From Planctomycetota bacterium (GTDB lineage: Bacteria > Planctomycetota > MHYJ01 > WSZJ01): 64,000 nucleotides of DNA. This document shows, in pieces, positions 6,990 through 16,092 of the stretch. The first letter of the stretch is position 1, and every line of letters starts with the position of its first letter. The stretch spans positions 320,001-384,000 of the forward strand of contig JBBTCT010000001.1 in NCBI GenBank assembly GCA_038060895.1, written 5' to 3'. Below the pieces are notes generated by a model. That model saw only the letters and a list, made by a program, of their open reading frames with translations. It was not told where the DNA came from and ran no database searches. The translations under genes and the position numbers were made by a program.

Positions 6990-9977
6990 GTGAAGTCGCA
7001 CCTCAAATCGCTCGCGTCGCTGAAGCTGACCGTCGCGCTTCTGGCTGTCTCGATGCTGCTCGTCTTCGCCGGCACGCTGGCGCAGATCGACATGGGGATC
7101 TGGCAGGTGCAGAAGAAGTACTTCCACAGCCTGTGGGTCTGGGTGGAGTTCCAGGTCTTCCTGCCCCGGCCGGAAGCGGGCGCCGAGCCGACCCCGGGAG
7201 GGTTCCCGCTGCCCGGCGGCTACCTGATCGGCGCGCTGATGCTGGTCAACCTGCTCGCCGCGCACTCGCTGCGGTTCAAGCTCACGCCGCGGCGCTCGGG
7301 GATCATCATGATCCACCTCGGGCTCATCTTGCTGCTTCTGGGAGAGCTGGCCACGAGCCTGTTCGCCGTCGAAAGCCAGATGACGATCGACGAAGGGCAG
7401 ACGGTGGCGTTCTCGCAGGACATCCGATCCGCTGAACTCGCGGTCGTCGACCCTTCCGCCCCTGACAGCGATTCGGTGGTTGCGTTCCCGGAGTCGGCGC
7501 TCGTTCCGGCGGCGAAGCTGCGGCACTCGCTGGTGCCGTTTGAAATCACGGTGCACGAGTACGAGGCGAACAGCCAGCTTCTCGGCCCGCGGCAGGCGCC
7601 GCCGGATGCGGTTTCGAAAGCGACGGCGGGCTTCGGCCAGGGGGTCATCCTCAAGCCGCTTCCGCGCACCGCCGGCACGGACGGCGGCACCGATATGGCC
7701 TCCGCGCACGTCACGCTGATGGCGGACGGAAAGCTGATCGGGATCTACCTCCTCTCGTTTCACTTCGACCAGCCGCAGCCCGTGGTGGTGAACGGCAAGA
7801 CCTGGCTCATCGCGCTTCGATTCGAGCGCTACTACAAGCCGTACACCATGCACCTCATCGACTTCTCGCACGACCGCTACCTCGGCACCGATACGCCGAA
7901 GAATTTCTCGAGCCGCCTGCGCCTGGTCGATCCGGCGAACAACGTCGACCGGGAAGTCCTGATCCGCATGAACGAACCCCTGCGGTACGCCGGCGAGACG
8001 TACTACCAGTCGAGTTTCAAGCCCGGGGACAAGACGACGATCCTGCAGGTCGTGCGCAATCCCGCCTGGACGATGCCGTACATCGCCTGCACCGTCGGCG
8101 GTGTCGGCATGCTGGTCCACTTCGGCATCCTGCTGGTCGGGTTCCTTAAGAAGCGGACCGGGCGGGCGCGCGCGGCGGCGATGACGGCGGGCATGCCGGA
8201 GAGGTTGACGCTCCGGTCGCTGGCGTTCCCGCTCACGGTCCTGGCGCTGTCGCTCTTCTCCGTCCTGTGGGCGCTGAAGCCCCCGCCCTCCGCCGGTCCG
8301 GAGCAATTCGACTACGCCGGGTTCGGGAACCTCCCCGTGACGCACGACGGCCGCGTGCTCCCGATCGACACGCTGGCCCGCACCAGCCTGCAGGCGATCT
8401 CCGGGCGCCAGACCACGAAGATTCCGGCCGCCGAAACCGCAGCGTCCGATTGGAACAAGGTGCCGCCCGACCAGTGGAAGTCCGTCTCCGCCACGCAATG
8501 GCTGGCCGACGTCTTCTCCGGAACCGAGCGCTCCGCCGGGTACCGCGTCTTCCGCATCGACCACCCCGGCGTGCTCGGGATGCTGGGGCTTGAACCGGAC
8601 CGGAGCCCGCGGCTGTACTCGTTCCTCGAGATCCTGGAACAGAAAGAGAAGCTCCAGGAACAGATCGAACTGATTTCGGAAGTGGACGACAAGAAGCGCG
8701 ACGCGTTCCAGCGGAAAGTTGCGGACCTGCATCAGCGGCTGCAGATCTTCCTGCGGCTCGCGGACCTGGCCTCGCTCTACCTCGTCCCCCCGGTCGCCCC
8801 GGGCGAGGAGTGGCAGCAACTCGGGCACTTCGCGCCCTCGAGGACCGGTCCGCCTCCCCCGCCGCATCCGGCGGCCGAAGCGATTCTTCGCATCCTCGCC
8901 AGCTACCACGAGAACAAGCCGGCCGAGTTCAACAAGGAGGTCGCGACCTACCGCGACCTGATCGCCGGGAAAATTCCATCTGAGACAGGCATGGCCCGAT
9001 ACGAGGCGTTCTTCAACCGCTTCGACCCGTTCTACCGCGCCCAGATCCTCTACGTGGTCGTCTTCCTCCTCGGCTGCGTTTCGTGGCTCGTGTGGAGCAA
9101 GCCGCTCGGGCGCGCTGCGTACCTGCTGCTCTTCCTGTGCCTGCTCGTCCACACCTTCGGGATGGTTTCGCGGATCGCGATCTCCGGCCGGCCGCCCGTC
9201 ACGAACCTCTACTCGTCGGCAGTCTTCATCGCCTGGGGCGGCGTCCTCCTCGCGGCCATCCTCGAGTTCTTCTTCCGCAACATGATCGCGACTGTGACCT
9301 CGGCAGCAATGGGCTTCACGTCCCTCCTCATCGCTCACCGCCTCGCCGGCGACGGCGACACCATGCGCATGATGCAGGCCGTGCTCGACACCAACTTCTG
9401 GCTCGCCACTCACGTCGTCGTCATCACCCTGGGGTACGCCGCCACCTTCCTCGCCGGAATCCTCGCCATCGCCTACGTCGTCCTCGGCCTCTTCACCCGG
9501 CACCTCACCGCATCACGGCCCGGCCGGACGGAAGAAGATGCCCCAGCCGCCCTCCTGCCCCGGATGGTCTACGCCATCCTCTGCTTCGCCATGCTCTTCT
9601 CGTTCGTCGGCACCGTCCTCGGCGGCATCTGGGCTGACCAGTCCTGGGGGCGCTTCTGGGGCTGGGACCCCAAGGAAAATGGCGCCGTCCTCATCGTGAT
9701 CTGGAATGCCCTCATCCTCCACGCCCGCATGGCCGGATTCGCCCGCGACCGGGGCGTCATGCTCCTCGCCATCTTCGGCAACATCGTCACCAGCTGGTCC
9801 TGGTTCGGCACCAACATGCTCGGCGTCGGCCTCCACTCCTACGGCTTCATGGAGTCCGCCCTCTTCTGGCTCCTCATGTTCGTCGCTTCACAGCTCGTCC
9901 TCATCGCGCTCGGAAACCTTCCTCTTCGGCTTTGGCGCAGCTTCCGCGATGCAGCGCCGCCACGGCCCGCTGCCTGA
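6990..9977 (+). CDS. ccsA: Fused cytochrome c biogenesis protein ResB/CcsB-CcsA (system II)
   Basis: N-terminal ASLKLTV..GTLAQ and MNEPLRYAGETYYQSSF (ResB-like). C-terminal WWD motif WADQSWGRFWGWDPKE, WLATHV, GLHSY. GTG start at 6990. Confidence 0.92.
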   Translation: MKSHLKSLASLKLTVALLAVSMLLVFAGTLAQIDMGIWQVQKKYFHSLWVWVEFQVFLPRPEAGAEPTPGGFPLPGGYLIGALMLVNLLAAHSLRFKLTPRRSGIIMIHLGLILLLLGELATSLFAVESQMTIDEGQTVAFSQDIRSAELAVVDPSAPDSDSVVAFPESALVPAAKLRHSLVPFEITVHEYEANSQLLGPRQAPPDAVSKATAGFGQGVILKPLPRTAGTDGGTDMASAHVTLMADGKLIGIYLLSFHFDQPQPVVVNGKTWLIALRFERYYKPYTMHLIDFSHDRYLGTDTPKNFSSRLRLVDPANNVDREVLIRMNEPLRYAGETYYQSSFKPGDKTTILQVVRNPAWTMPYIACTVGGVGMLVHFGILLVGFLKKRTGRARAAAMTAGMPERLTLRSLAFPLTVLALSLFSVLWALKPPPSAGPEQFDYAGFGNLPVTHDGRVLPIDTLARTSLQAISGRQTTKIPAAETAASDWNKVPPDQWKSVSATQWLADVFSGTERSAGYRVFRIDHPGVLGMLGLEPDRSPRLYSFLEILEQKEKLQEQIELISEVDDKKRDAFQRKVADLHQRLQIFLRLADLASLYLVPPVAPGEEWQQLGHFAPSRTGPPPPPHPAAEAILRILASYHENKPAEFNKEVATYRDLIAGKIPSETGMARYEAFFNRFDPFYRAQILYVVVFLLGCVSWLVWSKPLGRAAYLLLFLCLLVHTFGMVSRIAISGRPPVTNLYSSAVFIAWGGVLLAAILEFFFRNMIATVTSAAMGFTSLLIAHRLAGDGDTMRMMQAVLDTNFWLATHVVVITLGYAATFLAGILAIAYVVLGLFTRHLTASRPGRTEEDAPAALLPRMVYAILCFAMLFSFVGTVLGGIWADQSWGRFWGWDPKENGAVLIVIWNALILHARMAGFARDRGVMLLAIFGNIVTSWSWFGTNMLGVGLHSYGFMESALFWLLMFVASQLVLIALGNLPLRLWRSFRDAAPPRPAA

Positions 9978-10038
9978 TTCGCAGTTCCGTTCACCTGAGC
10001 CACCGCGGCTCCCCTTCATCCCAATCCCCTTCCGTTGT

Positions 10039-13000
10039 CTACTTCCCGATCTCCATCTCCCCCTGCCCCTCCCCCGGCTTCCCCGTCTTCACGCTCAGCG
10101 TCATCTCCATCCCCTCCAGCCAAAGCACCCGCGGATCGCCGTACTTCTTCGGGTAAGGCGCATTCACGCTGAACCACACGACGTCCGGCCGGCCGGCGCG
10201 GTGGTCCACCATCCACTCGGCGACGGTGATCTGCTGCGCATCGATGCCCTTGGCCGTGAGCCGGACCGAAGCAACCGTCTCGCCGTTCGCAAGCTCGAAG
10301 GACCCCATGACCCGCTCCGCGGCGTTCTGCTCCCGGCCGCGGTGCTGGTCAACGTCCTCCTGCGCTTTCACGTCCGTGAGGCGCACTTCAATCTGGAAGC
10401 CGTCATTGGTCGCGGTGCCGCGCGTCACGGAGACCGCGGACCGTCGCGGACTGGTCTTCACGAACGGCCGAAACGTCGGATCGCCGAATAGCATCCGGTT
10501 CTGCGTGACTTCCATCATGAAGCCGCCCGGAATCTCCACGCCCTCCTCCGGCTTTCCTTCCTCCTGGATCACCAGCGGATACGGGCCGTTCTTTCGCGAA
10601 GCCATCGCAACCTCGACGGCGTTGAGCCGGATCGCCTCGCCCAGCGACAGGTCCTCGCGCGCGGCGCGCGACGACTCGATCGAGCAGCGGTACCCGTGAT
10701 TCGCGCCGATCGGCGCGAGGTACGCCGCGGGGCCGTGTGCCAGGTACGCCAGGCACAGGGATTCGCCGGGCTGGAGGTCATAGAAGCGGTTCTTGTGATC
10801 GGTCGTCCCGAACGTTGAGACGATGTCGCCTCCGACGAGCGCTCTCTTCGTCACGGCGCTGTGGCAGGTCCCGCTCCAGAGAACCGTCCCGGAAAGGTCC
10901 CACGCGGCGGCGTCGCTCGGCCCGAGACCGGTCAGTTCCTTGTTCGCCCAGTCGCGGCAGATTTTCTTCGCGTCGTACTTCCAGTGCAGGTCGGGCTTCA
11001 TGTTGCGCTGGTCGCTGAAGAGCCAGATGCGCATCGGGTCGCCATTCCCGCAGATCGTCACGACGCCCGCGCCTTTCGCGGGCTCGAACGCCTTCGCGAA
11101 CTGGGAGCGCACCTTCGGCGCCTTCTCGACGCACGGGAAGTAAACGCTCGTGGTGGTCAGCCCGTCGGTCCCTTCCGTCGCCGGGTAGATGGTCACGTCC
11201 GTAAAGCTCGGCGTGACGCCGTAGTCCACTGCCTTCACCGGCAACCCGTCGCATTCGATCTTCGCCATCGCGTCGAGCATCGCTTGCACGTGCGCCGGCT
11301 CCGCGGCGGTCAGGTAGCCGATCGTCGCGTCCTGGAACGCGTCGCCGTCGAGTTGCTGAAGCGCGTACATGACGCGGCGGTTCAGGTTGATGTCGAACGT
11401 TTCCGGCGCGAGCACGACCGCGACGGCGTCGGCGCGGCGGCGCTTCGCCATGTCGCGGATCGGCTCCCACTGCGCGGGATCGTCCAGCCGCTCGCGCTCC
11501 GCGCCGCGGTACTGCGCCAGCCGGCGCGCCATCTTGTGAAACGACGACTTGCCGAGCTCGAGCACGATCATCCGCTTCCCGGGCGCCGCGCCCACCGACG
11601 CGAAGTCCGGCGGCAGGACGACTTCGCGGACAATGCGGTGCTTCTCCTGGCCGAGCCGAGCGAAGAACGTGATGTACCCGCCCTGCCCGACCATGAGGCA
11701 CGTGCCGTGGTACCGCTTTCCGTCCTTCTCCTCGCGCCCGCTCAGGCTCCAGCACGCGTGGCCTTTCGCAGGCCGGTCCGCAATGCGGTCGAGGAATCCC
11801 ATCGACTTCGTCGCGTACTCGAGGTACTCCTTCTTCCCCGTGTACCGGTACAGGTCGAGCATGAACGTCCCGGCGCCGGCCGTGCCGCAGCAGAGCGACG
11901 GCGCGTAGAACCCCGACTTCGCGCGGTTCTCGTCCGGATTCGTCTTCGTCAGCAGGTACTTCCCGCCTGCTTCCGCGGCCTGCAGGTACTTCGCATCCCC
12001 CGTCATCGAGTGAAGCAGCAGGTGCAGCCGGCATGTCCCGCTCGGCCCATGACACCACCCCTCCCACAGCCAGTCCTTCGTCCCGTCCGCCGGCACGTGG
12101 TGCTTCCAGGCCAGCGTCCCCTCGCCGCATACCGCGACCTCGTTGCGCTCGAGCCACCGCGCCGCCTGCTTCGCGCCCTCGAGGAAGCGCTCCTCGCCCG
12201 TCGCCGAAGCCATCCTCGCGAGCGTCGCGCCGATCCCGGCGACGCCGTGCGAGAAGCCGGTGTACGTCCGCTCTTCGCCCGCCGACGCCGGCCACGACCA
12301 GCCGTCGTCGCCCTTGCGCGCGGCCTCGAGCAACCCGTCCGCCGCTTCGACCGCCGCGAGGTGATACTTCGCATCGCCTGTCATCTGCGAAGCGTCCTCG
12401 AGCGCCAGGCAGATTCCCGCGCTGCCGCTGATTATGTCGAGCGCGCCGTTGTCCCAGAACTTTCCTTTCGCCTTCTCAATTGTCCCGAGCTGCGCGACGA
12501 CCCAGTCCATCCCGCGCTTCCCGGCCTTCAGCGCTTCTTCGTCGCCGAGCATGTCCCCCGCGGTCATCAGCACCCACGCAATCCCGGCCGTGCCGCTGTA
12601 AAGCGACGCGCGGCGACAGGTGTGCACGGCGCCCTGGTTGTCGTCCCACGCAATTTCCCAGGTCAGTCCGCCCTTGTCTTCGACGGCCTTGTCGATGAGG
12701 TGCCGCACGCCGCGGCGCGCCGCGTCGGCGTACCTCTTTTCGCCGGTCATTTCGTGAAGCGTCAGCAGCGACGCGATCGTGCCGGACACTCCGCCGTACA
12801 GCGAGTCCGTTGTGAACGGATCCGCGTCGAATTCCTGCCACCACGCCCCGCGCACGCCGCCCGGCTTCGCCTTTGCCTCGTCGTCCTTCATTTGCGCCAG
12901 AAGCCAGGCGCCGGATTCCGCGAGGAGCTTTCCTTCGGCGGAGTCGGCCGGGAGAAGCCGTCCGGCAGAAGCGGTCTGCGGGGCAGGCTTCTTCTTCGGC

Positions 13001-13077
13001 TTGTCCTCGCCGTAAACAGAAGCGCAGACAACAGTTGCGGCGGCGATAAGCGTTGAAAGGCGAAGGGCGCGGCGCAT
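10039..13077 (-). CDS. Secreted LanC-like (lanthionine synthetase C-like) protein fused to C25/gingipain-like domain
   Basis: Signal peptide. Repeated LY.G..GI motifs, GFSHGVAG, WCHGPSG, LCCGTAG. C-terminal ICGNG, WSGTCHS, AYLAP, MLFGDPTF. Confidence 0.8.
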   Translation of the reverse strand: MRRALRLSTLIAAATVVCASVYGEDKPKKKPAPQTASAGRLLPADSAEGKLLAESGAWLLAQMKDDEAKAKPGGVRGAWWQEFDADPFTTDSLYGGVSGTIASLLTLHEMTGEKRYADAARRGVRHLIDKAVEDKGGLTWEIAWDDNQGAVHTCRRASLYSGTAGIAWVLMTAGDMLGDEEALKAGKRGMDWVVAQLGTIEKAKGKFWDNGALDIISGSAGICLALEDASQMTGDAKYHLAAVEAADGLLEAARKGDDGWSWPASAGEERTYTGFSHGVAGIGATLARMASATGEERFLEGAKQAARWLERNEVAVCGEGTLAWKHHVPADGTKDWLWEGWCHGPSGTCRLHLLLHSMTGDAKYLQAAEAGGKYLLTKTNPDENRAKSGFYAPSLCCGTAGAGTFMLDLYRYTGKKEYLEYATKSMGFLDRIADRPAKGHACWSLSGREEKDGKRYHGTCLMVGQGGYITFFARLGQEKHRIVREVVLPPDFASVGAAPGKRMIVLELGKSSFHKMARRLAQYRGAERERLDDPAQWEPIRDMAKRRRADAVAVVLAPETFDINLNRRVMYALQQLDGDAFQDATIGYLTAAEPAHVQAMLDAMAKIECDGLPVKAVDYGVTPSFTDVTIYPATEGTDGLTTTSVYFPCVEKAPKVRSQFAKAFEPAKGAGVVTICGNGDPMRIWLFSDQRNMKPDLHWKYDAKKICRDWANKELTGLGPSDAAAWDLSGTVLWSGTCHSAVTKRALVGGDIVSTFGTTDHKNRFYDLQPGESLCLAYLAHGPAAYLAPIGANHGYRCSIESSRAAREDLSLGEAIRLNAVEVAMASRKNGPYPLVIQEEGKPEEGVEIPGGFMMEVTQNRMLFGDPTFRPFVKTSPRRSAVSVTRGTATNDGFQIEVRLTDVKAQEDVDQHRGREQNAAERVMGSFELANGETVASVRLTAKGIDAQQITVAEWMVDHRAGRPDVVWFSVNAPYPKKYGDPRVLWLEGMEMTLSVKTGKPGEGQGEMEIGK

Positions 13078-13135
13078 CGGTTTCTCCAGGGAGTCGGGTC
13101 GTCGCTTCCCCTTATGCTCTCCCCGCCCCGCCCCG

Positions 13136-13990
13136 TCAGGATTTCCGGCCGATCGCTCCGAGAATCCCGCGCGCCGGCCGCACCTTGTTCATGATGTAGA
13201 GATGCAGCCCCGGAGCGCCGCGCGCCAGCAGGTCGCGACATTGCGCCGACGCGAACTCCAGCCCGCGTGAAGCGGCCTCGTCGTGGTCCGCCGCAGATTC
13301 AATCGCCTTGCGCAACTCCGCCGGGACTCCGACGCCCCAGTCGCGCTCGAAAAACTTCGGCGACTGCACCGCCATCACGCCGGGCTGAACCGGCGTCTCA
13401 ATCTCCGCCTCGCGGAGGCGCTTCACGAACCCGAAGTACGCGTCGTTCGAAAAGAACATCTGCGTGACGAGGAAGTCCGCGCCAGCACGGACCTTTGCCG
13501 AGAGGAACGCCAGATCATCCGCCGCCGACTTCGCTTCCGGGTGCGTCTCCGGATAACACGCCGCCCCGACGCAGAACTTGTAGTTCGCCTTGATGAACGC
13601 CACCAGCTCCCCCGCGTGCGCAAACCCCTCCGGGTGCGGCACGAACTTCCCCGTCCCCTTCGGCGGATCGCCACGTAGCGCGAGAATGTTCCGCACGCCC
13701 GCTTCCCAAAGCCGGTCCAGCTGCGCCCGGATCGCATCCTTCCCCTGGCCGACGCACGTAAAGTGCGCCAGCGGCTTGATCCCCATTTTTACCAGGCGCG
13801 CGTTGATCTCGTAGTGCAGTCCGACGTTTGTGCCGCCGGCGCCGTAGGTCACCGAAATGTAGTCCGGCTTGAGCGGCGCCAGCTCGCCGAACGCCCGGTA
13901 CAGGCTCTCCACGTCTCCGTCACGCTTCGGGGGGAAAACCTCGAAGGAGAGGACCGGACGGCCGGATTTGAAGAGGTTGGCGATGGGCAT
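13136..13990 (-). CDS. metF: 5,10-methylenetetrahydrofolate reductase
   Basis: LSFEVFPPK, ISVTYGAGG, AHFTC, ILALRGDPP, CYPETHPE, LVTQMFF. Start reassigned to ATG 13990. Confidence 0.95.
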   Translation of the reverse strand: MPIANLFKSGRPVLSFEVFPPKRDGDVESLYRAFGELAPLKPDYISVTYGAGGTNVGLHYEINARLVKMGIKPLAHFTCVGQGKDAIRAQLDRLWEAGVRNILALRGDPPKGTGKFVPHPEGFAHAGELVAFIKANYKFCVGAACYPETHPEAKSAADDLAFLSAKVRAGADFLVTQMFFSNDAYFGFVKRLREAEIETPVQPGVMAVQSPKFFERDWGVGVPAELRKAIESAADHDEAASRGLEFASAQCRDLLARGAPGLHLYIMNKVRPARGILGAIGRKS

Positions 13991-14078
13991 GGGGGCGGAG
14001 AGTATAGCCGCGATCCCGATGGAGTGAACCTGCGGGGAGGGACTTCGTTGGAAGAGGGAGTCCGGGTGCGGAGGGGCT

Positions 14079-15278
14079 GTGAAACGGAAGCTTCCGGTTT
14101 GGGTGCTCGCCTCCTTCATGGCAAGTGCGGCATCGGCGGACGAGGCCGAAGAGCGACTTCGCGCCGCCATTGCGAGGATCGCGGACGACGATCCGGAGGT
14201 CCGCGCGGCGGGACGCGCGCGGCTCTTCGCGCTCGCGTCGGAGCGGCCGGACCTGGTACGGCGCATCGCAGACCATCCCGACGCCGAAGTGGGGGCGACG
14301 GCACGACGGGTTCTGTTCGACCATTGCATCCAGAAGGACCTGGTGGACCAGAAGCGATTCGACGAAATCCTCGCCTCGATCGGGGACCCGCAGCGCGAAG
14401 CCCCGGCGCGGAGGGAGCTTTTCCGGACCTACCTCGATCTCGGACATGAACCGGCCGCGCTGCTTTCGAGCGAGCTGATGGAATCGCAGGCAAAGTCGAT
14501 GCTGGAATCGGTCACGCTCAAACCAGGCGACTCCCGGGAAATCGAATTCCGGATGAGGAACGTCGGGGCGAAATCCCTTTGGTACAACCCCGAGTGCTAC
14601 TCCGCGAGCGCGCCGACCTTTGAGAGATTTGGGGGAGGGCTTCGCTACGGGGGGCGGCTGGGGGGCCGGCGGAACCTCAGCTCGCTCTCGGCGCAGGAAC
14701 GGATTCTCGGCGCACTCTCGACGCTGCGGCGGGTGCCTCCGGGCGGCGACTTTGTCCTGGCGTCCGTCTTTGTCGAGTCAGATTGCTGCGGCTTGTTCCG
14801 CCTTCGCGTTCAAGGCGGGGGCGCGAGCGACCTGAAAGCAGCGTTCCACGGTGTCGACATCCCGGCAACACCGGCGTCCCTTGGTGAATTGCCCAGCGTG
14901 GTCATCCCGTTTCTTGCACAACGGGAGTCGGTAAATTTCGAGGCGACCCTTCTCCCGAGAGGCCCCTCCGGGCGCCCCGCACTTCGGATCAAGGCGATCG
15001 CGGCGGTCGAGGAGCGGTGCGCGACCTGCGCCGGGTGCGTGGACTCATTCTGGTGGGCCGCGACCGATGAAGCGGGCCGCTACCTTGGCTCGGGCCCGAT
15101 GCGCGGAATGCACGGCACGGTGGACGCCTGGACGGAATCCCAGGAGCGCACGGTCGAGATGCCATTCGACCCGCCCCTGGGCACTCGCAGGCTCTGGCTC
15201 GGGTTCGACGGCGCGGACTCCAGTGACCAGGCCGTTCCGTCACCGTTGGAGATCCCGGCAGCCGGCGCTGTCGAGTAG
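14079..15278 (+). CDS. Secreted hypothetical protein with N-terminal HEAT-like repeat
   Basis: GGAGG SD, signal peptide, DDDPEVRAA / HPDAEV motifs. Confidence 0.65.
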   Translation: MKRKLPVWVLASFMASAASADEAEERLRAAIARIADDDPEVRAAGRARLFALASERPDLVRRIADHPDAEVGATARRVLFDHCIQKDLVDQKRFDEILASIGDPQREAPARRELFRTYLDLGHEPAALLSSELMESQAKSMLESVTLKPGDSREIEFRMRNVGAKSLWYNPECYSASAPTFERFGGGLRYGGRLGGRRNLSSLSAQERILGALSTLRRVPPGGDFVLASVFVESDCCGLFRLRVQGGGASDLKAAFHGVDIPATPASLGELPSVVIPFLAQRESVNFEATLLPRGPSGRPALRIKAIAAVEERCATCAGCVDSFWWAATDEAGRYLGSGPMRGMHGTVDAWTESQERTVEMPFDPPLGTRRLWLGFDGADSSDQAVPSPLEIPAAGAVE

Positions 15279-15299
15279 TTGCGAGTGCGTTTCAACTCC

Positions 15300-16022
15300 C
15301 TAAGAGCGCCAGACAATCCCGCCAAACCTCCCCGTCTCCTGACCGTCGCGGCGGGTCGAAAAGAACCAGTCCGCGCGGCAAAACGTGCACAGGTCGCAGA
15401 CGTCGACCTGGTGCACGCCCGCTTCCGCGAGCTGGGCGGCGTTCGCGGCCTTCAGGTCGAGGAAAGTCTTGCCTTTGCGCTCCGCGAGAAATCGAGGGCC
15501 GAATGCCCGCCAGTCGTCGAGCACCGGACCGTAGAGGTCGTAGCAGCACGGGCCTATCGACGGCCCCACGACCGCTGCGATGTCGCGCGCGCCCAGCGAC
15601 CGCATCGCTTCCACGGTCTTCACCGCGATCCGCCCTCGCGCTCCGGGGCGCGAAGCGTGCACGCTGGCGACGACGCCGGCCTTCACGTCCGCCAGGAGCA
15701 GCAGGTTGCAATCGGCCGAGTACGTCATGATCGCGACGCCGGCGCGGTCCGTGACGACGGCGTCACCCTCATCGCCCTGCCCCAGGATCACAACGCCGTC
15801 CTCGACTTTCTGCTTCAGCGCGACGATCGCACCCGGCGCCCCTGCGGCCCTTGCGGCGATCTCGCGGTTCTTCACGACGTTTTCAGAAGGGTCGCCTTTG
15901 CGAAACCCGATGTTGAGCGAGGCGTACGTCCCGGCACTCACGCCGCCAAGCCGCGTTGTGAACGCGTGCGGAAAATCGACGCGATCGGAACGCAGAACGT
16001 TGCCGTCAAGGCGAAGTGGCAT
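15300..16022 (-). CDS. pgeF: PgeF/YfiH family purine nucleoside phosphorylase / polyphenol oxidase
   Basis: FTTRLGGVS, SLN, GDAVVT, SADC, VHA, GPSIGPCCY, CTFC..FFSTRR. Confidence 0.9.
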   Translation of the reverse strand: MPLRLDGNVLRSDRVDFPHAFTTRLGGVSAGTYASLNIGFRKGDPSENVVKNREIAARAAGAPGAIVALKQKVEDGVVILGQGDEGDAVVTDRAGVAIMTYSADCNLLLLADVKAGVVASVHASRPGARGRIAVKTVEAMRSLGARDIAAVVGPSIGPCCYDLYGPVLDDWRAFGPRFLAERKGKTFLDLKAANAAQLAEAGVHQVDVCDLCTFCRADWFFSTRRDGQETGRFGGIVWRS

Positions 16023-16092
16023 GGCCGGATCCTAACTGGCGGCAGTCTCAATCCGCTTCAATCGACGCTGGATTGCGAATAGGATTCGCGCC

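Noticed and set aside
10039-13077. Lanthipeptide biosynthetic gene cluster
   Set aside because: No dehydratase/kinase-lyase, Ser/Thr/Cys-rich precursor or exporter nearby, and the protein has a signal peptide.
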